A DNA stretch of 63,843 nt, filler included, from Chiloscyllium plagiosum (taxonomy: Eukaryota), in NCBI RefSeq assembly GCF_004010195.1. It is 4 parts of one record of this genome, joined end to end, with 100 filler letters (N's around TTAATTAATTAA, not from the genome) between each part and the next. Parts side by side here need not be neighbours in the genome. Positions count along the whole stretch, not along the records: positions 61,022 to 63,843 come from NC_057714.1; 3 more parts are not named here. One strand, 5' to 3'. This document shows, piece by piece, positions 63,350 to 63,843 of this stretch. Made by a program: the position numbers and the translations under genes. Below the pieces are notes generated by a model. That model was given only the letters and a program-made list of their open reading frames with translations, was not told the origin of the DNA and ran no database searches. Positions within the stretch are counted from its first letter, which is position 1. Each line of letters begins with the position of its first letter.

Positions 63350-63843
63350 GGTTTGATGTGATTTATTGTCACGGGTACTGAGATACAATGAAAATCTTTG
63401 TTTACAAACAGTACAGGCAGATCATAATAAACAGGGACATACCGATCACAGGGTGAGAAAAAACACTCAGACAGAGTAAATTATACACACTCGGCAAGAT
63501 CAGCATTATTTGAAGTTAGAGAATCCGTTCGTCAGTCTAATAATGGACGGGAAGAAGCTGTTCCTGAACCTGTTGGTGCGTGTGTTCAGGTTTCTGTACC
63601 TTCTGCCTGATGGAAGAGGGTGTAGGAGATCATTACCAGGGTGTGATGGGTCTTTGATGATGTTGGCAGCCTTTCTGCGGCAGTGAGCCGTGTAAATGGA
63701 GTCCATGGATGGGAGGTTGGCTTCTGTGATGGTCTGGGCTGTGCACACAACCTTCTGTAGTTTCTTACAGTCCTGGGCAGGGCAGTTACCGTACCAGGCC
63801 GTTATCCACCTGGACAGTATGCTCTCAATGGTGTACCTGGAGA
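63350..63843 (-). mobile_element. Rex1/Babar LINE 3' fragment
   Basis: KAANIIKDPSHPG..LPSGRRYR..TRTNRFRNSFFP; cut by the window edge. Confidence 0.92.

Overview
Eukaryotic, repeat-dominated genomic DNA, most likely a shark or other cartilaginous fish (inferred from HE1-like SINEs, HER1/CR1 LINEs and Deu-domain SINEs). Most predicted ORFs are decayed retroelement fragments or noise. The window holds many CR1 LINE copies (often nested), Rex1/Babar and RTE LINE fragments, several tRNA-derived SINE families, a probable solo LTR with a 4-bp TSD, three Penelope-like elements and about a dozen short Penelope-terminus insertions. Many of these short insertions carry minimal hammerhead-ribozyme motifs (CTGANGA-hairpin-GAAA), have 9-16 bp TSDs and form inverted pairs. 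It also holds a ~2.9 kb two-unit palindromic minisatellite, a ~460 bp inverted repeat pair and one credible host coding exon near 61.9 kb (gene not identified). Three N-TTAATTAATTAA-N blocks are assembly linkers. Repeat boundaries were placed by eye and are approximate unless a TSD is given. Family names come from recalled consensus features, not from a database search.
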